The notes under the pieces: generated by a model
Database searches by the model: none
What the model was told of the DNA's origin: nothing
Seen by the model: the letters and a program-made list of their open reading frames with translations, nothing else
Program-made: the position numbers and the translations under genes
From: the human T2T-CHM13v2.0 reference genome, Homo sapiens
NCBI RefSeq assembly: GCF_009914755.1
Contig: NC_060927.1
Length of the DNA: 64,000 nt
Reading direction: 5' to 3' (one strand)
Shown: positions 26,664 to 48,115 of the stretch, piece by piece
How the letters are laid out: each line of letters opens with the position of its first letter
Numbering within the stretch: the first letter of the stretch is position 1

Positions 26664-28038
26664 TGAGTAGCTGGGACTACAGGTGCACGCCACTATGCCT
26701 GGCTAATTCTTTCATTTTTTATAGAGACAGGACCTCGCTATGTTGCCCAGGCTGGTTCCAACTCCTGAACTCAAGTGATCCACCTGCCTTGGGCTCCCAA
26801 AATCTCGGGATTACAGGCGTATAGTGCTAGGCCTTCACATTCTTATATACCCTTCTGTTTCCTTAGCTGTGAAATGGAGATAATGACATAGCCTTAATTC
26901 ACGTGGGATGCTTAGCACAGTGTCTGGCACTTGATAGATTTTTTTCTTTCTACTTGAAATTTATTTTTGAGCTGGGCACGGTGGCTCACACCTGTAATCC
27001 CAGCACTTGGGAAAACCAAGGCAGGCAGATTACCTGAGGTGAGGAGTTCAAGACCAGCCTGGCAAACATGGTGAAACCCCGTCTCTACTAAAAGTACAAA
27101 AATTACCTGGGTGTGGTGGCACACACCTGTAATCCCAGCTACTCCAGAGGCTGAGGCACGATAATCACTTGAACTCGGCAGATGGAGGTTGCAGTGAGCT
27201 GAGACTGAGCCACTGCACTCCAGCCTGGGTGATAAAGCGAGACTGTCTAAAAAAAAATTATTTTTAACTAATATAAAACTCTCTGAACCCTTCTTTTTCT
27301 GAGCTGCTTCTCCACTTGAGTCCATCCCACATCATTGAACATTTAATTACACAGAATTGTGTACCATCTTCCTTGACCCCCAGATCTTTAGCCTTCTATA
27401 GTACCCTGTCTCTTTTTGTCGTACTAGTCACAGTTGCACTTTTTTTTTTTTTTTTGAGACAGAGTCTCATTCTGTCACCCAGGCTGCAGTGCAGTAGCAC
27501 AATCTCAGCTCACTGCAACCTCCGCCTCCCGGGTTCAAGCAATTCTCCTGCCTCAGCCTCCTAAGTAGCTGGGATTACATGCGCGCACCACCACGCCAGG
27601 CTAATTTTTGTATTTTTAGTAGAGACGAGGTTTCACCATGTTGTCAGGCTGGTCTAGAACTCCTGACCTTGTGATCAGCCCACTTCAGCCTCCCAAAGTA
27701 CTGGGATTACAGGCATGAGCCACTGCACCCGGCCATAGTTGCTATTTTATTTGTGTGATTGATTACCATATGACGCTTTTATTGAAGTGCAGTGAAGGCA
27801 GGAAACATGACCGGTTTTTACAATATTTTCAACACTTATCACCATAGGTGGTACATAGTAGGGCCTTAATAAATATTTGTAAAATGAACAAAGTTAATGA
27901 GTGTTTATGTTTGTAGTTTTAATTGCTCTGAAGTAAATATCTGATTTTCCAATTTCCACCAGAGTGCTCTGCACATAGTAGGTCTAATTATTTTTCCCTC
28001 TTTACTAATCACCCATGCCTTGTAAGAATTCAGTTAGT

Positions 28039-28150
28039 TGACTTTTTGTACTTTATAAGCGTGATGATTGGGTGTTCCCGTGTGAGATGCGCCACCCTCG
28101 AACCTTGTTACGACGTCGGCACATTGCGCGTCTGACATGAAGAAAAAAAA
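28039..28150 (+). pseudogene. U13 (SNORD13) snoRNA retrocopy in the VHL promoter
   Basis: Box C GTGATGA 28061-28067, box D CTGA 28132-28135, A tail, TSD AATTCAGTTAGT (28027-28038 / 28151-28162). Confidence 0.9.
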
Positions 28151-28166
28151 AATTCAGTTAGTCCAC

Positions 28167-28463
28167 CAGGCACAGTGGCTAAGGCCTGTAATCCCTGCAC
28201 TTTGAGAGGCCAAGGCAGGAGGATCACTTGAACCCAGGAGTTCGAGACCAGCCTAGGCAACATAGCGAGACTCCGTTTCAAACAACAAATAAAAATAATT
28301 AGTCGGGCATGGTGGTGCGCGCCTACAGTACCAACTACTCGGGAGGCTGAGGCGAGACGATCGCTTGAGCCAGGGAGGTCAAGGCTGCAGTGAGCCAAGC
28401 TCGCGCCACTGCACTCCAGCCCGGGCGACAGAGTGAGACCCTGTCTCAAAAAAAAAAAAAAAA
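28167..28463 (+). mobile_element. AluJ-like element in the VHL proximal promoter
   Basis: Dimeric Alu with J-type features (ggaggatcacttga, gaggtcaaggctgcagtgag); the right arm is CpG-rich. Confidence 0.85.
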
Positions 28464-28526
28464 CACCAAACCTTAGAGGGGTGAAAAAAAATTTTATAGT
28501 GGAAATACAGTAACGAGTTGGCCTAG

Positions 28527-29538
<1,012 letters not shown>

Positions 29539-29657
29539 CAGAGCATTCTTTATAAGGCCGAATAGTTTGCATTTGAAGGTGGCTCCCCCCAGTCCCCCAC
29601 CCCACGTGTATTTTCCCCTCAAAGAAAAGCTGCATCCTTAACACCCCATCTGTTCAG

Positions 29658-29916
29658 TCCTCATGACTCCAGTGGGCCAGTTCTGCGTAGTCCCTGCCCT
29701 CGTGGAGAACACATTCCTCCTGGGGAGACTGACAGATGCAAAGACAGGAACAAGCCAGGGTCATGTTGGCGCCGGAAGAGCCGACCGTGTGTGGCGTGGG
29801 AAATTGACTTACCTGCCTGCTGGGAGATGGAGGGGTTGCGGTTGTGTGGTTTCAGTTAAGGAGCACTTCCCGGAGAAGGAAGAGAGCAGGATGGAGTAGG
29901 AACTAGCCAACCCTAG
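29658..29916 (+). other. VHL: VHL cryptic exon E1' (259 nt); in frame with exon 1 to a stop at 29897-29899 (193-aa isoform X1)
   Basis: Acceptor tgttcag|TCCTC, donor CTAG|gtaaga; 113 codons of exon 1 + V,L + 78-aa ORF = 193 aa. Confidence 0.9.
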
Positions 29917-30307
29917 GTAAGAGGTTCTAGACATGCGTGCGTTGAGACCTGGAGTCTTGGGAGAGGATGCTTAAAAGGTGATTTTACCCCTAGGAATATG
30001 GGGGCACTGAAATTTTTTTTTTTTTTTGAGACGGGAGTCTTGCTCTGCAAGCTGGAGTGCAGTGGCCCACGCTAGAATGCAGTGGCGCGATTGCGGCTCA
30101 TTGCAACATCTGCCACCTGGGGTCAAGTGGTTCTCTTGCCTCAGCCTCCCGAGGAGCGGGGATTACTGGCGTGCGCCACCACTCCTGGCTAATTTTTTTT
30201 TTAGTAGAGACGGGGGTTTCGTCATTTTGGCTAGGCTGGTCTCGAACTCCTGACCTCAGATGATCCACCCGCCTTGGCCTCCCAAAGTGCTGAGATTACA
30301 GGTGTAA

Positions 30308-30694
<387 letters not shown>

Positions 30695-31075
30695 TGAAAA
30701 GCTCACCCAGGTTGCCAAGTGGTTTGGAGGGGAAAGACTGCTGTCGAGGAAGCAGTTAGGTAGTTGTGAAAACCCAGGTGAGGAATAACTAGGCCTTACC
30801 TAAGGTGCAGGCAGTAATCTTGCCATGGCCTTTAAGCAGAGAAGTAGTCCTAGTGTCACTTAATCTTTACAAAGGATTTTTGCAAGGATCCCGATCTTTC
30901 TTCCTTGAGGGTGGTGTACTTAATACACTTTTACACCAGACTTCTAATGTTAGATGAAGAACACAGTATTTCCAGGGATCAACATTTCTGTAGGCTCCTA
31001 TTTTATATAGGAAATTGTATGAATTTTGTATTTTACTCCAAAATTTTTCTGTGCCCGATTTAATATAAAAATTTA

Positions 31076-31198
<123 letters not shown>

Positions 31199-31645
31199 TT
31201 AAAAAAAAAAAAAAATTCTTGAAAAATTAGCAGGGCACATTCCTGCCTTTAGTCCCAGCTACTTGGGAAGCTGAGGCAGGAAGATCACCCGAACCCAGGA
31301 GTTGGAGGCTACAGTGAACTATGATGGTGCCTCTGAATAGTTGCTGTACTCTAGTCTGGTAACACAGCAAGACCCTGTCTCTCTATCTTGTCTTTTTTTT
31401 TTTTTTTTTTTGAGACAGGATGTCCTGCTGTTGCCTGGGCTGGAGTGTGGAGGCTGGAGTTTGGTGGCATGATCACGGCTCATTGCACCCTTAACCTGGG
31501 CTCAAGCAGTCCTCCCAGAGCTTCAGCTTCCCAAAGTAGCTGGGACTATAGGCATGCTCCACTATGTCTGGCTAATTTCTTTTTTTATTTTTATTTTTAG
31601 TAGAGATGAGGTCTTGCTATGTTGCCCAGGCTGAGACCTCATCTC

Positions 31646-31757
31646 TTTTTTATTTTTTTTAAATTTTTTATTATACTTTAAGTTCTAGGGTACATGTGCA
31701 CAACGTGCAGGTTTGTTACATATGTAAACATGTGCCATGTTGGTGTGCTGCACCCAT
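31646..31757 (-). mobile_element. Heavily 5'-truncated primate L1PA 3' end
   Basis: ttattatactttaagttctagggtacatgtgcacaacgtgcagg...; near-perfect TSD GAGACCTC(A/G)TCT at 31633-31644 / 31759-31770. Confidence 0.88.
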
Positions 31758-31942
31758 AGAGACCTCGTCTTAAAAAAAGAAAATAACATTACTTTTGAAG
31801 GTACTTAATGCACTGAATTGTACATTTAAAAATGGTTAAAATGGTAAATGTTTGAGGCAGGTAGATCCACCTGAGGTCAGGAGTTCAAGACCAGCCTGAC
31901 CAATATGGTGGAACCCTGTCTCTGCTAAAAATACAAAAGTTA

Positions 31943-32089
<147 letters not shown>

Positions 32090-32436
32090 CTAAATAATAA
32101 ATAAAATGGTAACTTTTATGTATATTTTACCAAAATTTAAAAAATTACAAGTTTACATTTCTTAAAATTTCCCATCAAATCTGTAAGTAAATTTATGCCC
32201 CGAGGAACAAGTGCTATATTTATTCTGAGACAACCTCCTCCTTCCTTAAACAGAATCTTAGGGCTGGAGGATTGCTTCCTGCCCTCTTTTGTTTGTGATG
32301 TATGCATTTTGAAAATTCTGGGCCGGGCGCAGTGGCTCACTCCTGTAATCCCAGCACTTTGGGAGGCCGAGGCGGGCGGATCACAAGATCAGGAGATTGA
32401 GACCATCCTGGCTAATACGGTGAAACCCTGTCTCTA

Positions 32437-32670
<234 letters not shown>

Positions 32671-33024
32671 TTAGGGTTTGATGAGTTTTCTCTCGACATG
32701 TTTTTGCACTTCCTTGTTTTTGAGAAGCACTGATTTGAGAAGTCAGTGGCTTTTTCTCTTTAGTTTGCAGGGTTTGCTGTGATTTGTAATCACGTACTTG
32801 ACCTAGGCTTCCCTTTTCCACCATGGTAGCAGAAAGGGCATGGGATTTAGAGCTTTAAGTACGCGCTCTTTGCTTACTGTCTTATACCTTGAGCATGTCA
32901 CTTCTCCTCTCAGACTTGTTTTCTCATCTGTAAATGGATCTGTTGTGAGGACTGACTGAGATAATGTTACTAGAAGGGCTTTGTATAATATTTAAGCAGA
33001 GTGAGAGGTAAGCTTTTTGTGTAG

Positions 33025-33254
<230 letters not shown>

Positions 33255-33391
33255 TAGTAGAGACGAGGTTTCACCACGTTAGCCAGGACGGTCTTGATCT
33301 CCTGACCTCATGATCCGCCTGCCTCGGCCTCCCAAAGTGCTGGGATTACAGGTGTGGGCCACCGTGCCCAGCCACCGGTGTGGCTCTTTAA

Positions 33392-33577
<186 letters not shown>

Positions 33578-33906
33578 TAAGTACAGGATAGACCACTTGA
33601 AAAATTAAGCCCAGTTCTCAATTTTTGCCTGATGTCAGGCACGGTATCCAATCTTTTTGTATCCTATTCTCTACCATAAATAAAATGGAAGTGATGTATT
33701 TGTACGTTATGTGTTAAAGGTGTTATGGTGTCTCAAAAGCACTTTGGGCTCTTAAGAGACAAGCGAAATTAAAGTATCATATCATAGGTTAGTTTTGTAG
33801 AATTGTAGAATTACGAATGCCTTTTGTTTCCCTGGCCAAATTGTGCCCTGGAGTTCCAGGAGAACAATGTGTAGAGCATGAGATATTTTGGCTTATTTGT
33901 TGCTGA

Positions 33907-34115
<209 letters not shown>

Positions 34116-34275
34116 TAGCCAGGATGGTCTCCATCTCCTGACCTCATGATCTGCCCGCCTACGCCTCCCAAAGTGCTGGGATTACAGGCATCAGCCACAG
34201 CACCTGGCCTATGTATTTTCAATTTAACACAATCAAGCTCACAGTGCCAATCAGAGGTGTTTTTTTTTTTTTTAA

Positions 34276-34581
<306 letters not shown>

Positions 34582-34846
34582 TAAATCATTGAAGATTGGT
34601 ATAATACTTCACTATTTGTTTGAAGCTCAAATGATTTTATCAGGGTAAACCCTAATAAACTGATGTTCCTGTGGGTAAAAAAAACCTCACTAAAGACCAG
34701 CAGTGTGTGGTGGCTCCTGCCTGTAATCATGCCTGTAATTCCAGCACTTAGGGAGGCTATGGCGGGAGGGTCGCTTGAGACCAGGAGTTCTTGACCAGCC
34801 TGGACAACAAAGTGAGACCCCAGCTCCACAAAAAAATTTTTTTTTA

Positions 34847-35041
<195 letters not shown>

Positions 35042-35175
35042 TCATAGGATTCAAACTACTATGTGTGTATAGATCCTGTTTTAAGGAAGTAGATATATAA
35101 AAATGAGCATTGCTAAGTTAAATTTGGTAAATTTGCCTTATAGAACACCCTCGAGTACGTTTCCAGTGAGTGTAA

Positions 35176-35515
<340 letters not shown>

Positions 35516-35539
35516 TAGATTTTCTAAGTACACATTGTT

Positions 35540-36553
<1,014 letters not shown>

Positions 36554-36655
36554 TACATGCACTCACTTTTTTTCTTTAACCTAAAGTGAGATCCATCAGT
36601 AGTACAGGTAGTTGTTGGCAAAGCCTCTTGTTCGTTCCTTGTACTGAGACCCTAG

Positions 36656-40570
<3,915 letters not shown>

Positions 40571-41085
40571 GGGTGTGTTGTGTGGTGTTTTAACTAGGCG
40601 CTTCTCTCTCAGAGAGTTTTGAAACCTGTTTACATAAAGGCCCAGGATGGGAAGGAGATCCAAACATAAGCCACCAGCCTCATTCCAAGTCTCTTCTCTT
40701 TCCAACCCTGGATTTTTTTTTTTTATTTAACATTGTTTCTTTTAGCTTTATTTTTCTTATAAAAGAAATGTATCACTATAAAAAATTACACACTACAGAA
40801 AAATATTAAGAAGAAAAACATTCACATCGGAAACAAAGTTTTTTCCCATGAAAACAGAACCCAAAAGGGTAAGTGGTTAGTATTTCACCAGCAATTATGT
40901 TGAGAATAAGGCCAGGCGAGGTGGCTCACGCCTGTAATCTCAGCACTTTGGGAGGCCAGGGCAGGCAGATCATCTGAGGTCAGGAGTTTGAGACCAGCCT
41001 GGCCAACATGGTGAAACCCTATCTCTACTAAAAATTAAAAAATTAGCTGGGTGTGGTGGCATGTACCTGTAATCCCAGCTATTCA

Positions 41086-41253
<168 letters not shown>

Positions 41254-41394
41254 CTAGAAATCAGTGCACTAAGGATATGAAATAGATGTCAATGTGAACT
41301 TTTCGGATACTTTGACCCTGGGTCTTTGTATCCTCTTCTTAGCACCTCAGTCCCACGCTCTGCTAGTCATTGGCTTCCTGATACCCCTTCAATA

Positions 41395-42757
41395 CAGACT
41401 GAGTATCCCTAATCCAAAAATTCCAAATCCAAAGCACTCCAAAATCCAAGAGTCCCAACGTGACGCCACAAGTGGAAAGTTCCACATGTGAGTACTTAAC
41501 ACAAACTTGTTTCACGTGCAAAACTGTGGAAAATATTGCTTACAATTACCTTCAGCCTTTGTCTATAAGGTGTTTATGAAACTGGTGTTATGATGTATAT
41601 GTTTTCTTTTTTTGTTCCTGGCTCATAACTCCCATAGCCCTTGTTACGGATGTGAGCCACCTTGCCTGGCTAATTTTTAAGTTTTTTGTAGAGATGGGGT
41701 CTCGCTGTGTTGCCCAGGCTGGTTTTAACTCCTGGGCTCAAGCGATCCTCCCACCTTGGCCTCCCAAAGCCCTGGGATTACAGGTGAGATTACAACCCTC
41801 ATTTCAGAGAAGGTCCTACCCCATACCCTGGGGGAAGGAATGGTGACATCATAAAGCCTCGTTAAAACCCATGAGGACAGTGGAGAGTGTCAGGATAGCT
41901 GAACTACGTGTAGAGGTTCCTGGAGGGTGGTGCGCCCAGGGAGGGGACAGAAGCTCTGCGCCCCTTATCCCATACCTTGGTGTACGCATCTCTTCATCTG
42001 TATCCTTCGTAATATCCTTTATGATAAACCAGGTAGGCCGGGCGTGGTGGCTCACACATATAATCCCAGCACTTTGGGAGGCTGAGGTAGGAGGATTGCT
42101 TCAGCCTGGGAGTTCAAGATAACATCATAGTGAGATCCTGTCTCTACTAGAAAAAAAAAGAACAACCAGGAGTGGTGGCGCATGCTTGCAGTCCCAGCTG
42201 TTCAGTTTGCACTCCAGCCTGGGAGACAGAGCAAGACCTGCTGTCTCAAAAAAAAAAGACTGGTAAACATTTTTCACTGAGTTCTGTTAGCCACTCCAGC
42301 AAATTAAACCCAAAGCGAAGGTGGTGGGAACCCCAACTTGAAGCTGGTTGGTCAGAAGTTCTGGAGCCCTAAACTTGCTACTGGTGTGTGGGTGGGGGCA
42401 GTCTTGGGGACTGAGGCCTCAACCTGCAGGATCTGATATTATTTCCAGAAAGATGGTGTTGGAAGTGAATTAGAGGATACCTAATTGGTGTTCACTGCAG
42501 AATTGATTGCTTGCTCGCTCTCGGGAAGAAATCTACACATTTGGACACGAAAGTGTTCTGGGTTGGTATTGTGTTAGTGTGGAATCTAGAGGAAAAACAG
42601 TTTTTCTGAAACAGAAAGGTAAATGAATTTCGCCTTTAGACTTGGGTCCCATCCTCAAGATACCTCATATATATGCACATATTCCAAAATACAAAAAAAT
42701 CTGAAATTGGAAACACCTCTGGTCCCAAGCATTTCCAATGAGGGACATTCAACTTGT
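41395..42757. mobile_element. Tigger4/MER46-like element split by a MER21-like LTR (~41586-42605) that itself contains Alus
   Basis: Tigger4 halves (cagactgagtatccctaatcc... and ...ctggtcccaagcatttc...ttcaacttg) flank LTR motifs (gaggttcctggagggtggtgcgcccagggaggg). Confidence 0.7.
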
Positions 42758-43364
42758 TCCCCTTTCTTTCGGCACACCTAAACTGCCTGCCCCAACAAAA
42801 CATTTTCTTGTCCCCACCCCTTACCACACATACCCAGTAGTCCATTGGCAGGTCACAGAAAATTGAGGTACACGTATTATGGTCATGAGAAGGATTGGGC
42901 AGTAGCACTCAATGTATGAGAGGGAGAAAAACCCACAAAACTTATTTCAAAATTCAAAACATGAAACCGCAGGAAAATATAAGTCTGTTTGACATACAAA
43001 CTAATGGCAGTAATCTCTCTCCCTGTCTGTCAGAAGGAAAAACACGAAAGATTGTTTCGTTCCAATTGGGAAAAGTTGAATCCTGGGGGCCTGGAGCTGG
43101 CCCCACAGATGCTGATAACAGAGCTGAGGTTACTGAAAGGCTTGGGGGAAGTCCTGTTGAACCATTTCATCTTAACATAAGTTGGAGGAGACTTAATTGG
43201 GCAAAGGACAGTTTAGCAATTTGCTTGATGGGGAGTGACATGAGTTGATGGATCTTCCCTTGTAGGAGGGTGTTCATTACCTAGGCCCAACCCAAGAATT
43301 TTGAGAACTCTTGTTGTAGCTATTCCATGCTCAGAAACCTCTGATAGGAACTGTGGTAAGGGCT

Positions 43365-44021
43365 CGTATTAGTCTGTTCTCATGCTGTTATGAAGGAATA
43401 CCCAAGACTGGGTAATTAATAAAGAAAAGAGGTTTAATTGACACAGTTGCTCACAGCTGGGGAGGCCTCAGGAAACTTAACAATCATGGTGGAAGGCACC
43501 TCTTCACAGGGCAGCAGGAGAGAGAATGAATGCCAGCAGGGGAAATGGCAGATGCTTATAAAACCATTAGATCTCATGAAAACTCTGTCACCATTGGCCA
43601 GACGTGGTGGCTCACGCCTGTAGTCCCAGCACTTTGGGAGGCCGAGGTGGGTGGATCACAAGGTCAGGAGTTCACGACCAGCCTGGCCAAGGTGGTGAAA
43701 CCCTGTCTCTACTAAAAATACAAAAATTAGCCAGGCGTGGTGGCGGGTGCCTGTAATCCCAGCTACTCGGGAGGCTGAGGCAGAGAATTATTTGAACCTG
43801 GGAGGCGGAGCTTGCAGTGAGCCAAGGTTGTGCCACTGCACTCCAGCCTGGGCGATAGAGTAAGACTCCGTCTCAAAAAAAAAAAAAAAAAGAAAACTCT
43901 GTCACCATCATGAGAACAGCCTGGGGAAAATTACCTCCCATGATTTGATTAAACCCTCCCATGATATATGGGGATTACAATTCAAGATGAGATCTGGGGG
44001 GGACACAGCCAAACCGTATCA
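43365..44021 (-). mobile_element. THE1/MST-type MaLR solo LTR with an internal Alu
   Basis: gtattagtctgttctcatgctg...gggacacagccaaaccgtatca; 5-bp TSD GGGCT. Internal Alu with TSD GAAAACTCTGTCACCAT. Confidence 0.88.
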
Positions 44022-44812
44022 GGGCTGTTCCAGCAGGTCTGGATTACTCTGGCGTGGAGCAACTCCAAGCAGTAGGGAGGATTTTGAGAAGGTCTAGTGT
44101 GCCTCTGGGGCAGCTGTTTTCCAAATACTCGTTTATACTTGGCAGCCTCCAGGATTTCCACCCCCCTGATAGATGCAGAAAGCAGATCCCTCTGGAACAG
44201 ACTCCAGTATTGGAAATAAATGTACATGTATGGGAGATTGCCCAAATTAAGTATGGCACTCCTAAATAAGCCATTAAAAAGGATAGGGGGCCAGGCGCTG
44301 TGGCTCACACCTGCAATATCAGCGCTTTGGGAGGCTGAGGCTAGAGAATCACTGGAGGAGAGTTTGAGACCAGCCTTGGCAACATAGTGAGACCTCCGTC
44401 TCTACCAAAAAAAAAAAAAAAAAAAAAAAGGTAAAAAGAATAGGATAGGATAGAGGTTTACTCATCTTTCTGAGAGAGAAAGAGTAGCCACTTTTTTTTT
44501 TTTTTAATTTTTTTCTTGAGAGAGAATCTCATTGTGTTGCTGAGGCTGGAGTGCAGTGGCGTTAGCTCACTGCAACCTCCACCTCCTGGGTTCAAGCAAT
44601 TCTCCTGCCTCAGCCTCCTGAGTAGCTGGGATTACAGGTGCACGTCACGATGCCTGTCTAATTTTTAATATTTTTCGTAGAGACAGGGTTTCACCATGTT
44701 GGCCGGCTGGTCTCGAACTCCTGACTTCAAGTGATCTGCTCGCCTTGGCCTCACAAAGTGCTGGGATTACAGGCATGAGCCACCACACCTGGCTGAAATT
44801 TTTATTTTTTAA

Positions 44813-45274
<462 letters not shown>

Positions 45275-46167
45275 TGATCCGCCCGCCTCTGCCTCCCAAA
45301 GTGCTGGGATTACAGGCGTGAGCCACCGCGCCCGGCCTCCTTTTCTTTTTTTTTGAGACAGAGTGTTGCTCTTGTCGCCCAAGCTGGAGTACAATGGCAG
45401 GATCTTGGCTCACTGCAACCTCCGCCTCTGGGTTCAAGTGATTCTCCTACCTCAGCCTCCCGAGTAGCTGGGATTACAGGCATGCGCCACCACGCCCAGC
45501 TAATTTTGTATTTTTAGTAGAGATAGGATTTCTCCATGTTGGTCAGGCTGGTCTTGAACTCCTGATCTCAGGTGATTCGCCTGCCTCGGCCTCCCAAAAT
45601 GCTGGGATTACAGGTGTGAGCCACTACACGCAGCCATTTTTTAACAGAGATGGGGTCTCACTGTGTTGTCCAGGCTGGGCTCCTGGGCTCAGGCAGTCCT
45701 CTCTCCTTGGCCTTCCAAAGTGTTTGGATTACAGGAATGAGCCATGGCACCCAGCCCATCACAATTTTAGATGTTCATCTTTGCTCCAGAAAATCTAGTT
45801 TTAGGAATTTACCTTAAGAAAGAAAAAACAAGTGTGAATAGATGTATGTATATGAAGTTTGCTGCAGTATTATTTAGAATAGCATAATACTGGAAATAAA
45901 AGTATACTGATAGGAGTTTGGGCACATATAGTATGGTGTTCCTAAATAAGCCATTAAAAGGGAAATAGTACTATGCTCATATAATGACAGGAAAAGCTAT
46001 TAATTGAAAAAAAAACAGAAAATTAAATGTTAAAAAAATTTTTTTTTCACCATAGTGTCTGCAAAAAAGAAAATATGTTTAAAAAATTGGCCAGTCACGG
46101 TGGTTCACGCCTGTAATCTCAGCACTTCGGAAGTCCGAGGTGGGCAGATCACGAGGTCAAGAGATCA

Positions 46168-47121
<954 letters not shown>

Positions 47122-47264
47122 TAGTAGAAACGGGGTTCCGCCGTGTTGGTTGGGCTGGTCTCGAACTCCTGACCTCAAGTGATCCACCCACCTCGGTCTC
47201 CCAAAGTGCTGGGATTGCAGGCATGAGCCACCATGCTTGGCCTCTGCCCCAGCTTTCTGATATG

Positions 47265-47442
47265 ACTGGTTCTCAACTGTGCCAGCACATATTAGAATTA
47301 TCTGGGAAGCTTTAAAAAACAGTAGTGCCTGAGCCCCACTCCAGAATAATTGAATCTGTCTCCCTGGAGGTAGGGCTAGGCATTTATACTTTTTAAAAGC
47401 ACCCCAGATGTTTCTAATGTGCAGCCAGGGTTGCAAACCACT
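47265..47442. mobile_element. MER5A-like hAT MITE
   Basis: Termini ctggttctcaac ... gttgcaaaccactg; internal ttctaatgtgcagccaggg. Confidence 0.75.
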
Positions 47443-47671
47443 GACTATAATTTCAAGGGAATTAAACTTGAACAGCTCAAAATGACGTAAGTGTGTAATT
47501 AATTACATTCAGCCTCAATAACTGTTTCTAACTGATCCTGGTGGGTGTTGGTCATGGAAAATAGCCAGAGGAAGAAATTAACTGCAAGATCAGAGGAAAT
47601 TTCTTGTGGTGAGGCAGTATAACACAGCAGAAAGAGCATTTGCTTTGGGTCAGACTTGAGTTGCATCCTGT

Positions 47672-48115
47672 TGATGCGGGACAGGCAAGCCCCCAAATTG
47701 GGGTTTAGCCTGGGAGAGTTCTTAGCTTCACCCAGAAAGGAATTCCAGGGCCAGCCAGTGGTGTTAAATAGCACCTTTTATTGAAATAGCAGTGTGCAGC
47801 CGCAGCAGAGGTACTGCTCCTTGCAGGGTAGGGCTACTCCATAGGCAGTGTGCCCAGAGTAGCGGCTCAGAGGCAGTTCTACAGTCACATTTATACACAC
47901 TTTTAATTATATGCAAATTAAGGGGCAGTTTATGCAGAACATTCTAGAAAGGGGCGGTGACTTCTTGGAGTCGCCATGGCAATGGTAAACTGACAAGGTA
48001 CACTGGTGGCAGTGTCTTATGCGAGGTACTTCCCACCACACCTGTTTTAGCTAGTCCTCAATTTGGTCCGATGTCCCAGCCATTCCTTTAGAGTCGAGTG
48101 CTGCCCCCTACCTCA
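47672..48115 (-). mobile_element. Solo ERV1 LTR (MER66-like) inserted in a MIR
   Basis: TG...CA termini; 4-bp TSD CTGT (47668-47671 / 48116-48119). MIR core (cctcagtttcttcatctgtaaaa) resumes after it. Confidence 0.8.

Noticed and set aside
42895-43248. 117-aa non-repeat ORF downstream of VHL
   Set aside because: TTG start, no homology I recognise, no supporting gene structure.
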